A stretch of 64,000 nt of DNA from Lingula anatina (taxonomy: Eukaryota > Animalia > Brachiopoda): NCBI GenBank assembly GCA_051362555.1, contig CM120641.1:41794401-41858400 (forward strand). The letters run 5' to 3'. Within the stretch, counting starts at the first letter, position 1, and each line of letters begins with the position of its first letter. Made by a program: the position numbers and the translations under genes. Positions 52,430 through 64,000 of the stretch are shown here, piece by piece. The notes under the pieces are model-generated. The model saw only the letters and a list, made by a program, of their open reading frames with translations. It was not told the origin of the DNA and did no database searches.

Positions 52430-55400
52430 CTACGTGAATATCACCGGTTTACTACGTTCAGGTTTCTCAGGTGGTGTCTTATCACTGACCGTGTTTTCCA
52501 CGCAGTTATTTTGGCAAGGACCACCAGGTGCCGCCACTGTACTCTCCCCCTTTTTCTTTATTTTGTCGGAATCCGTGGTGGTTGTCTCGGTGGTCAGAAG
52601 AACCGGGGCAGTGCTACACGAATGAAGGATGCTTGGCCCCGCCTGGCGGTGTCCTGTTGTGGGAGTTTGCGGTGATATCTGGGGGGTGGATGGCGTGCCC
52701 CCCGCTGGCGGAGCTTGAAGAGTACTGCTTTGATAATTGGTGGCGGGCAACACTCTCCTGTGGGAAATACAAGAAAAGAAAGTGTTATTCAAAATCACAA
52801 AGTTTCAAATTATTCAGAATTTATGTTTCAGACGTTATTTTGTAGCGATGGGAAGGCATGTGCATTTCACTGCAATAAACCTAGTTTTGTGAACGTGAGG
52901 AATGCTGCAAGAGTTTTATAGAGTAAAAATGCACCACAACTTGCCTCCAGGGGGTGGTGTTACACCGCAACTTTGATACTGGAAACCATGCACAAAAAAA
53001 CTTCATATTCCTTAGTTATCCAATGTCACACGCCAAGGGAAATTAAACTTCACCAAGCCAATGGGCATTACATTAGCCACGCGGTGTTTTTCATTAGAAC
53101 ACCAAATTCTTTATATAGATACGCACATCCAAAATTAAGGGGTTTTCATCTTTTAACAGCCAAAAAGTTATATATATATATATATAGTTTGTCATGCAAA
53201 CAGTGCCTTTGAACGCATGGCCATGAGTGTTTATTTCATTGAATACGCTACAGACCATTTTTTTTTTCACGAGGAAAATGGCACGATGAACTCTTCAATC
53301 AATATCTTTTACACTTTATTTCACCCTTTACCAAGATAATTATCCAGCATATCACAATATCCTTACTAAAGTCAGGCTCTCTACATATAATTTTTGCATA
53401 TTTTCCTATAGCAATTGCGTAAAGTGCGCAAATGTAAGGCATGCCTCTTAACTTACATAGCTTAACATACAGAGCAATAACTTGTACACTACTATTAAAG
53501 GGCGGAGAAAAAGTTCTCGAAGAAAATAAAGAATATTGGCATAGATTTAAATCAAGCTGTTTACCAAGACAATTAGTGTTATGCCTGTATTTGATGTTCA
53601 TGGAAGTGAATTGCGTATCAGACTATATCCTATATAATGAAAATACTGCAAGTGAGGATCGTTCGTTTTCTATGGTATATCTTATTCAAACTGCACAGCA
53701 CAGCGTTGGGTATAAACTTTGTCATCATGAAGCCAACCAAGTGTGAGCTCAACAAAAAGCCAAATAAATAAGGTGAGTTTGGAAAAACGTGTCAATTAGA
53801 ATATTGCTTGAAAGAACGAATTCATTACATGGGCTTGAATTTCGATCAATTATTAAAGAAACACTTTTTTCATGCTTGGAAACTTGGATCCACTCGTAGC
53901 CCGTCAAACCTAGACATGCTTTGTTAAAGTTAAGTCTGCCGTGTGTATGAACATGTTCTGTAAGCCAGTTTGCCACAAAACTAAAATTAAACTGCAGAAA
54001 TAAATAATCATAATAAATGTGAAATAAAAATACTAAAATAACCATAACTGAAGAAAGCCCAACCGATTGGTGACGTCATGCAGGTTGTGACGTCATGCAA
54101 ACTTGCGTCAAGTCCTGCTTACCTGTGCATATTACGTAGAAAATTCTTGACCTACGAGAGGCAAAATATTTCATGTACAGGATTATGTTTTCAACATGAA
54201 AAACTCATGGTGTTCTACTTTTATTCTTTAGTTGGTGTTGCTGTATATGTTGTAGATATTTTTACAGAAAATGCTCATAAATTAGCTTTAAAAAAGGGGT
54301 ACTAGATTGAATCTAAGGAATTAATTTTGAATAGATATTTAAAGCGTTAGTTTTGATCGAATGTTAGTGCTACTTCACTTTTCAAAATTGGTTAAAGGGC
54401 TATGACAAATCATACTGTTCACTGTTCAATACCAATCATGCGTTTCGAAACTGCTAAAGCTGTGAAATTTATTTTAGGGGATAGCAACGGGCTGGTATTC
54501 TAAAACACAGTCTTGTCAAACAAATCAACATATTTTGTAAAGAAAACAAAGAAGGGAAGATAAACATAGTGATCGGTATGTTAGGATTTATAAATCTGTA
54601 GTCATGGAACTTGCATTTTGTATTTTCAACTGTGAATTTACTATGTTTAAAAAACTGTAATAGTGTTACATACGTTGGTAACTCGGCTTGTGTATACTAT
54701 TGGCATCCAACAACCCCTTAGCAAATGCTGCATTTGTGACTAAAACTTGCGATGCAAAATTATCTCCATTTTGACCATTGTTACGTCCATTATACAAAGT
54801 TCAAAGCATAGTTAGCATTGACTGACCCCTTTAAAATCAACTAATTCAATGTTTAAAACAAATATTTATGGGACGATCATTTGGGAGTTGTCATGCTCTT
54901 AAAACACAATAGGCCTTAAAACACTACAACAGATAAACATTTTCGTTGCGTGGGTGGGGAGAGAGGGGTGCAAATCCATATCATGAATACATTTAGTAGT
55001 GTGTGCTCATGCACGGAGTTAAAAACTGCTTTCAAAGGATTGTACGTTTACCACATCAGACAATTTTTTTCCAAATTATTGTTGACCGACAGGGTCGCTA
55101 TTCATACAATTTAGAATAGAAATCATCCATTTTAACGTGTTCAGTTAGTTATAAATTATAATTAAAACCACGGTTATTCTGCCTTTCATAAATAAGGTTA
55201 ATTGACGTTCAGTGATTAAAGACTTCTGATATAAAATCTAACTTTAATTTAACTCTCATCCAAATTTCCCTCTATCTTTCTAATTTCATATTCCTTTTGC
55301 AAGAATCTCAAATACTTTTATACTATGTAATATAAATCTTAATGTCATCGCTTTTTATTTCAACGTTTATCAGTTTTAAACGGGATAGAATCGCGTAACG

Positions 55401-58400
55401 TTCAGGTACAATGCATCAGATGCCTTTCATAACTTTCTTTTCTAGCTTCTGTTAAATAGTATTTTAATTTTCACGTAGGCCTTTTCCACATGGAGCGTTA
55501 TACTGCAGCGAATTAACTTTACCACTACTCTTTGAGGATCGTAGTTCATGCAATTACGCTACATATTAATTACGCTTATTACGGTACGGTGCAGGCCTTT
55601 TCCTTGCTTTCACAAATTCGCGCCGTCAGAAGTTGATTTGCAGGCTGTGTCAGGTGCGCGTGGGGGACTTTTACGTAACGGCCGGGCTATTGAGTTGTAA
55701 ATCTATCAAGTGTACCGATACAACTTTATCACTTAATTATACTGCTCGATGTAAAAAGGCCTGTAAAGTGTGTGATATTCTGACTATCAACGAATACTAT
55801 CTGCATACTAAAGGTGCGTTAGTTTGTATCTATAAGCTAGCTATACCTCAACCAATATGCTACTAACATAGTTTCAAAAAGTGCAATAAATTAACTAACA
55901 TAAAGCAAACACATTGAGTATGGTCCAACCTTATCAACGACTGATCTGTAATAACTAAAACATAAAAAAATGTAAATTGCGTAATAATACAAATGCATTT
56001 TTATATGACATGGACTACATTTTGGTAGCGTAGTTAGCGGTTCTCACTTAAAAATAAAAGAACATTCACTGTGAATATTGGCAAGCTATAAAGGAATAGG
56101 GCGGATACATCAATCTGTCACCGGTAGAGTCTTTTAAAGGACCATTGTGAATAATGTCAAGCTGAAGGGAAACGAGGGTGGATGTCTCAAACGGTTTCCG
56201 GTATATAATTTTATGGTATCAATTTTATTAAGCACGGGTGGCCAATATGTAGGATTTCAAAGCGGTTTCACTTCGTCTTTCTCAATATCTTTCGATATAA
56301 TATCAACTGACTGGATCGGTTTCATGAAATAGATATAGTCTAAAATTTGGTCTGAATTTTTAAATTTTTAAAAGACCAAATCTTTGACTTAATGTAAATC
56401 GGCAGTAGTCTCAGTAAATGAAAACTTGTACCTGTTTTATACGCGACGTGCATGGTAACTGTTCCAGACCAACACTTAGCTCATTTAAGCGAACAACTTT
56501 GGATTTATATTGAACTAAAGTTGACTTAAATTTTTCCAAAAAGGTAAGACCAATTTTCAGGCTATGGCCGTTTTCTGAAACCGACCCATAAAGCTCAGGG
56601 TAGGTACTGTCCACAACAAAGTAAAATTCCTCACTTTTTTTGCTTTGGCGCACCAAAGCCTTTGCCAGATTATTGCCGTATTACTAGCATTAATGTAACG
56701 TTAAATTTGATTCGTCATCATATTTTTGGCAACGCAATTCACCTTCTTGTTTTTTTTTTTTATCAGTGCCAGTCTTTTTTAAGAGTATCGCAAGGATAAG
56801 AGGAACTTGAAGGGGTGTTAGTTTAGTTAAGAAGCAGACAGATGTATCTTAGTTTTAGATTATGAGTAAGGGTGTAAGTTAAGTTTTTGTTACAAATATA
56901 CGATAGTGATAACGAAAAGTTATATAAGTTAAAAAGTACACGTATTTACAAAATAGCTATCCTTCGTACTTTTATACATGCCTATGTATTCCTTGGATGG
57001 TTACTTAAGAAGTCTGTAAAAGGTTTTCCATGAAGTTGTGCGATCAAGGCACCTACCATGTATTCTCTGTCTTTCTGCTTCATAATTCTTCGTCTTTTGC
57101 AAGCCTGGAGTAGACGGAAGAGGTCACAATTAGAGATCAAAGGCGCTGATGGAACTGAAACCGGAACCAAAAAAAAAATGGCGCTTGCGCATTATCTCTC
57201 TCGTTTGATTGGTTGGTTTCCTCTACTATACGTCAAATCGACCAATTAAGAGAGATATATGCAGAACATAACAAAAAAGTTGCACCATCAAACGACCTAG
57301 GGGTTTTTCATGAAATATGTAATAATATATACATTATTTGAATTTCAAAACTGAATAAACGTTTTCTTCATTACGTACAAAGAAATATAAAAGAAAAACA
57401 CAGGCACAATCACTTGATAATTTGTAAACATCAAAACATAATATTTGGTAACGACTAAAAAAACTAAAAATATAAAATTACGAAATACCGTTTGACTATT
57501 TTTAGTAGGATACAATTATAGACGTTTAAGTAACGTCGTTCTGAATACCTCCTTTGCCCAGCTCCACGTGGAAATCATGAAAAGAGGTTTATTTGTGCGC
57601 TGTGAATCCAATCCAAGGCAGGCGTGCCAAAATTCTTACCTTCGGATCCAGGGACGGGGTCGAGAGCGAAGGAGCAAAGTCTAATTCCCCCCTCCCATGA
57701 CTGACAACCTGGATCCGCCAGCGCACAGCATACACAGCCAATACATACGATAAGCTGTGTTCACACAACATGCTGAACTAATTTTTGCAGGTAAGAGGTG
57801 AGGAAAAGTCACGATAACAGATCTAGGTTGCCCGACATGGAAGGTTGCGCGCGCACTATTTTTGGATTGCACGTTTCACGCAGGGGTTGCACTTTTGTAA
57901 CAAAAGCGCCTTTAATAACAGAAAAAAAGACTAAATGAATCTATAAAGCAATGTTTACTTAGATTTTGTATTGTTATTATCTCATGGGATGAGATAATTG
58001 CATATAAACACAACTTCATTTTGCAATTTGGAACTATAAACTATACGCTTTTGTGGCACCCTTCATATTCGCATCAATACATACCTCCTGACTCTTTCAT
58101 AAGCTCCTTCCAACCCTTTATGATCCTTGTCGCATTTTATCTATTTCACCATTGAGGCAAAAGGCAAGACAATAGTTCTTGCACTTTATAGGTAATTATC
58201 TATAGATTTAACTCAAATACTTGGACCTTACTTTACGATACTTTTTACACGCGCTGTTTAAACACTGACTGTCGAATAAATGGTAATTTTGAAGTAGGTT
58301 TTATTCACTGGACACACCAATAAATTCCATACTTACAAATGCATAAATGTGAAAGCAAATCCCGGCATTGAATCCAATATAGATGACGGCTAAGGCGGTG

Positions 58401-61400
58401 AGAAACACCAGTTCTGCAACTTTCGCATCATGTTTGCTGTCGATCTTAGCGACTATGGAATGCCACGCGCAGACGATGGCCAGCTGGCACATAGAACCCA
58501 GGAGATATTTGTCCTAAGATTAACCAAATGGATGTAAGCTACTGGACATATGTCCAAATATGGAGATATTTGTCCTAAGATAAACAAAATAAGGACAAAA
58601 TAGTAGATATGTGTCCAAATATGGGGATATTTGTCCCAGGGCTAACCAATCAGGATAAAGAAGAAGCCATATGTCCAAATAAGGAGACATTTGTCCATGA
58701 TAACTAAATAAGGATAAACTAGTCGATATGTCCAAATATTGAGTGAAATAAGTTAGTACATGATAACAATATTTAGCAAAGAAAGGTAAAAGAAACAGGG
58801 AGATATCAAAATGATAATAATATACAGATGGATAAAAAATAATATATTGTTTACGTATATATATATGCACTGAATATAACTGGAGTAAAGATGAAACACT
58901 TCAGCAAAAAATGAATTAAAACAAAGAGGTATCAAACTTAAATTTGCACATACTGCATACTTGACAAAGGGACAACTAAAATACATAATCATAACTCTTG
59001 AGAAATGTTTATCTTCATTGTTTAAAGACAATAAATGCACTACAGATTAATATCTAAATATACTCAACTGCCACAGTGCTTATGCTACTTACTAAGTATG
59101 TTAGGTAGGACACACGTGGTAAACTTTGGTTGATGACAAACTTGAAAGCGACCGCCGTTAACACCAAGGTAAATGACAGCTGTAGACGGTTCTGTGGTAG
59201 ATTATACTCCACTGAGAAGGTAGCAAACGACAAACTGCAGAACAGGAACTGAAACAGAAAATCAGGAAGTGACGTAAGATAATTATGGGGAAAAGCTATG
59301 GATTTTATAACAGCGTGAAAATGGCTCATTGCCTGCCTGTCTGGCCGTCCGCCTCGTATTTGTTTGCAGTTTCCCCTTTGGTTATGAAAACATTTTTTTA
59401 TCCCTGTTAAGTTTTATCTCGCCCAATATCGCACCGCTGTGACTTTCTTTGACCTCTGATAGAACAGGTGTGCAGTTTATTCATCTCCAGATCCCCTCGT
59501 TTAATACAAAGCGTCATAAATCAAATAACCGCTCATGATTAATACAACCAAGAGCGCAATATCCTCTCAGAGTGATTCACATAAAGAAAGTCTACGAGAC
59601 GTTTGTCTAAAACAACTTTGTAAAACAACACGCAGATGCCACAGGTGTTAATATGGAAGACCAAATATGCCAGCAATAGTTATGAGTCCACGTATATTCA
59701 TATTGCTGTGCCATACAATATCTATATCTACCGTACCTGGATGATAGGTGTTTAGTCTGTAAACCGCAAAATACCACTGAAGGTGCCATTTTTCCCATTA
59801 ATGTTTTACTAGGTGTATTTGTTCTCTGTTTATTATCCTCACAGGTAAACATAAACAAAACCTTTTTGCACGGGTTAGGGTAGGTCAAAATTCAAAACAA
59901 GTCCGCAGCTGGGTAGCACTTTTGGCTTCTGTATAGTTCCTCTGCAAAAAGTGAATTAATTAAGTTTCCCTCCCCCAACAATTATCAAACTTGCTGTATC
60001 CAACAATTCAATGAATAAGCATTTGGAAATCAATCAAAAATAGCAATTCTCTCTTAGCGGTGTTAGTTCTAGCAACAGTTATATATTAAGATGCATCTTT
60101 TTTATTCCGTCAGGTTTCTATACCGAGTATGCGTGCAAATACGCCGACAACGTCAAAGTACATCAGCCCGCTGCAGTATTTGAAGGTACTGCTTTCAGGT
60201 TATGGAGTCTGTTTAGTTTTAACCATGGTACACTAACAGCGATTTGATATTTCACTCAGCTATTAAAATGCCATACTTCTGAACTTATCACTTCAATCAT
60301 AAAGTGGTGTCTTCTATATGTGACAGGGTTGGCAGTTCATTTATTGTAACCCCGTTTCCTTTTATTTTGTGCAGTAGGTGACATTCGTCCCATATACCAA
60401 CCCCGATACTTCCGGTTTACCCTAACCTGTACTTATCAGATAAGGACCTAGACCTCCATCCCTAGGGCTTTCATTCCTGTCGCACAGGGTTTGTTCGTAA
60501 TTCCGACCCATGTTTATAAAGTCAGCACTGAGATCGAAACAGGATTTAGCCCAAGAAAAGAGTGAATCCCCTAACTGCTATGATTAACTCATAGTACCAT
60601 GTAATATTGAAACATTCGCCACGTAAACAGACTTCTAAAAAGTAATGTTTTGGAATTTCATTGACTGTTGGTTTCTTCTCATTACCAATAAGGCAATATA
60701 TTAAAGATGTTCGTTGCCGGAGTTTCTGGCACCAAATGGTCGGTTCAGAGAGAGGCAGATTGTTTCATACCACAGAAAATACGGCTGATATTTGTGCCCT
60801 CTCCCTCTTAGGGTATCCCTTCCTCCATTGTAGAAAGTGTGACGAATTGACTTACATATACAGTAAATGTCCATTGATGAAAAGTGCAAACATACACATA
60901 CATGTAGAGCATAAATCGTATAGTGCCGTTCTCCTTGTGAAATCCTATCTACTTCCGTTTTGGTCTTGCAGCGAGGTGAGTTGTTTAAAACTGTTATAGA
61001 CAGAGTAATCGATTTTAATTTATCTCTGGCGTGCAGATCAAGCATTTTTTAAAAGTAAAACAAGATTTTTATTGACCCATTCGGGTCGCCTTTCATAGAT
61101 ATTTAAAACTTTGCTTAAGCAAATTACTGATGAATTGCACAATAACAGACTAGAAGTGCATTATTCCGGCAGCAGGTGCATTTAGACTCTACGCTATAAT
61201 AGTGATATGTCTTTGACATGTGCTTCCAATGCGCACCTGTCTATTAACGATAATCAATGTTTTAAATATGTAAGTAATAAGTCATGTTCTCCAGCCTTTT
61301 CATGTAAAATACAAATAAAATGTATGAATGGCAAATACGTAATATAACAAAATTAATGGTCAGAATAAAGGTAAACCGTCCGTAACTGTACTCACCGTAA

Positions 61401-62513
61401 CAAGAAATATATTCCAAACGAAAAACCAAGGTCGCCTTGCTGCCCGGCATTTAACTGATAACAACACTCTTTTTACCGATGGGTCCCCATGCGGTTCGGC
61501 TAAAAATTTGCTTTCAGACTCTAAATGTTTGTATAAACTCCACTCCTGTTCGTCAATGAACGATTGTTTATAGACACGGTGGAGCTCCATACGGTCCTCA
61601 ATGAGGTTGAGCTCCGAGGCCGGTCTCTCTGAAGTCACCGTCACGGTCAGATCCTGAAAGTTTACCAAAGTAGGTACTTAATACGAGGTATATCTAACTA
61701 TGATTAAGTACCAAAGTAGGTACTTGGTTTGAAGTGTATCTAGCCACTACCTTCTGAAGGATTTGTAGTATGTTGATATCAATGTGGGCTTTAACTGAAG
61801 TTTACATGTATTTGCATTTAGGTTATTTATTTCTGAAAAGACAAAAGCATATCATTAACCGCATACAAAGCGGGTAAGACCTTTACTAGAGTTTTGTGGA
61901 CATGTTGGCAATTTTTCATCCATATCCACCCCCCTTTCCATACCATATCCAAAATATTTTACAAAGCTTTCATCTAAAAACCAATGTTTGGATCTATCTT
62001 CTTTGTATTTTCATAACTTCTGCTGACAAATATGTCATTTTACAAGGTCATAAATAAAATAAAAACGACTTGTTTGAAGTTACTTTGAACTCATATACAG
62101 CTGTTCAGTAAATCTAGCACCAAATGAGCTCAACGTGGAAGTCAAAGTGAAACTAGTACCCCTCTAGCGCCGTATGATTGATTACTATTCACTAGTTAAG
62201 TACTTAATAAGCCTCATGTGTCATTCTATATCAAACATACCTTCAGATACAAAAAAAATACATGTTGACGCATGCAAGGCAATTGTCTTTAAGGTCTTAT
62301 CACGCCAGCGGCGTCACTTACCTGAACATCAAAGGGGAAATCGTTCAATTCTAAATTTTCTACGAATGTCCCCTTGAGCCTTTGATTTTCGCAGATGAAG
62401 GCGTCCCCTTCAGAAGAGAACGCTAGAGTGCGCCACCGAACCTCCTTGGGGTCACCAACAGTGTTTTCTACGAACAGTTTCGGGTTCCAGTATTTTTCAA
62501 AGTCGATTTCATC
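52430..62513 (-). CDS. Cys-less (Pro-loop) pentameric ligand-gated ion channel subunit, 5' part beyond the window end
   Basis: In-frame exons 62322-62513 (YWNPKLFVEN...GTFVENLELNDFPFDVQ), 61396-61653 (DLTVTV...EQEW...RAARRPWFFVWNIFLVT), 59093-59248 (M1 end, M2 NRLQLSFTLVLTAVAFKF, LPRVSYLT), 58337-58513 (DKY, M3, M4), 57057-57104, 54123-54151, 52430-52757 (S/T/P-rich tail, TAG). WxP, FPFD and LPxxSYLTxxD are pLGIC signatures. Confidence 0.9.
58501..58740. repeat. ~61-bp tandem repeat x4 overlapping the 3' splice site of the pLGIC M3-M4 exon
   Basis: GG(A/G)GA(T/C)ATTTGTCC starts at 58501, 58562, 58623 and 58683; each unit ends ...TGTCCAAATA. Confidence 0.85.
60320..60590 (-). mobile_element. 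Possible degenerate tRNA-derived SINE
   Basis: Minus strand begins TAGCAGTTAGG...CCTGTTTCGATCTCAG (A-box/B-box-like spacing), followed by a GC-richer body; no intact cloverleaf. Confidence 0.3.
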
Positions 62514-64000
62514 CTATATTCAAGAAACAAAATGACACAATTAACTAGAATTTCTTAGAAATGGTCTCGCATAGGACGATTCCGTGAATTTATTTGATTG
62601 AAAGTGCCCTGATAGGAATAATATATAAAAAACCCGAAACAATCCTTCATGTAATCCACTGAAAGCCATTCTAGTGGGTGCTTAATTATTGGAACTTTTA
62701 CCTTATGACCGCTGCATAAAATAAGTCTCTCAATTACAGTTTTTTAAGACACAACGTTTGACAACAACCCCTTGAATAATCACTCAATTATTCTGGACAG
62801 ATAGACAAAAAACAAATGATGTATTTCTGAAAAAAAGAAAGGGTTAATGAGCTATATTTATGTGCTAACCTGTACCGTTCAGGAATAATCCCCCAAAAAA
62901 GAGTAAAATATCTCATAAAATGCATCCTATTAAAGTGGCACAAGGTTTATGTATTATACCATATTTCCGCTCTGGCACGGGATCATGGTGCGTTAATTGG
63001 CGACGATCTCTCGGGAATCCATCAATTTTCACGGGTCGACGTCGTCTAGGCAAAAATGGGTATGGGGAGCATAAGAGGTGACTTCAATTTAGTATTGCCG
63101 ATACCACGTTAATTTCCTAAAAGGCCTCGTTTCATATCGTAATGCAATGTCTTGAACACGGCGCCTTTGCGCTGCCTACATTTTCGATTAACATGAAAAC
63201 TGTTAAGTGGCGCCCTATTACATAAAACGAAAATCCCACTTTACATTAGGACTTCAAACAATCATGCTGTAAATGCAACTGGCATCTCTTTATTTATTTC
63301 TCGACTCTACCCTTTGTCATAACTTAAGTGGTATATTGTAATATCCACCAAACAACCGCCTATATGCAACACTTTTGCAGAGGGAGGTATAATTACCAGA
63401 GGGAAAATTTTCTTGGAAATACGGAGCTATTTCTCAATCAAATGTTACTCAACAGATTACCTACATACATCGTCAAATGTTTCTCAAACTAACTCTGATA
63501 TTTCACTGCATTTTCAACAAATGGGCATAGGCATAATTGACCAAAGCCAGCTTATAATGAGATCATTTCATTGTTGTACTTTCTTCTGTGCTTTTAGTGT
63601 TGCTATCTAATATTACGACCATTTCCCAGTTTTCGTCAACGCTGTAACATAAATAACCATCGTAATGTCTTTTATCTGTTCAATTATTATAAACAATCAA
63701 GCCTATATTTTGATTACTGTGTCGTAAACTGACAGGGAAAATTGACCAAAAGAATTAACAGAGGGAAAAGGGTAATACAGAAAGAATAAATGCGGCTGAA
63801 TGGCTATTACATGGCATATCTTCAGCTTTTCAAATCGTACGCATTTCTACTTTGCTTTCTTTATTCCGTGCAGTTAGTATTACTTAATGCATTGTCCAAC
63901 AGTCACAAACAAAATTATTCTCTTGGGCGATATTGTCACATAAATTACACTATAAATCATGATGTCAGTCGAAGTCAGATCTGTCTTCTGGATAACACAT

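Noticed and set aside
56411-56656. 81-aa minus-strand ORF with a CAG|GTACAA donor inside the channel gene
   Set aside because: No convincing acceptor or recognisable motif, and the flanking exons (57057, 54151) already join in frame.
57640-57680. Possible 41-nt exon with a strong AAG|GTAAGA donor (minus strand)
   Set aside because: Purine-rich acceptor and frameshifting length; unsupported without transcripts.
58501-58740. Regularly spaced repeats resembling a CRISPR array
   Set aside because: Eukaryotic intron, the 'spacers' are homologous to each other, and there are no cas genes; it is a tandem repeat.

Overview
AT-rich, intron-rich eukaryotic DNA, probably from an invertebrate (lophotrochozoan/mollusc-like; inferred, not proven). 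Four spliced protein-coding genes can be assembled by hand. (1) An NME8/TXNDC3-like gene (thioredoxin + 3 NDK domains + acidic tail) on the minus strand runs off the left edge and has two paralogous alternative first coding exons. (2) A complete VPS8 gene (~39 coding exons, 16918-46354, + strand) lies head-to-head with it across a ~160-bp bidirectional promoter. (3) A 3-exon secreted 10-Cys prokineticin/colipase-fold gene with internal dibasic sites is nested antisense in VPS8 intron 13. (4) The 3' part of a Cys-less ('Pro-loop') pentameric ligand-gated ion channel on the minus strand has an ELIC-like M2, a very short M3-M4 loop and a long basic post-M4 tail; its 5' end is beyond the right edge. 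Introns contain an internally deleted Tc1 element, a hAT-like element with a 5-bp TSD, MITEs/palindromes and mini/microsatellites. Exon coordinates were read by eye and may be off by a few bases.
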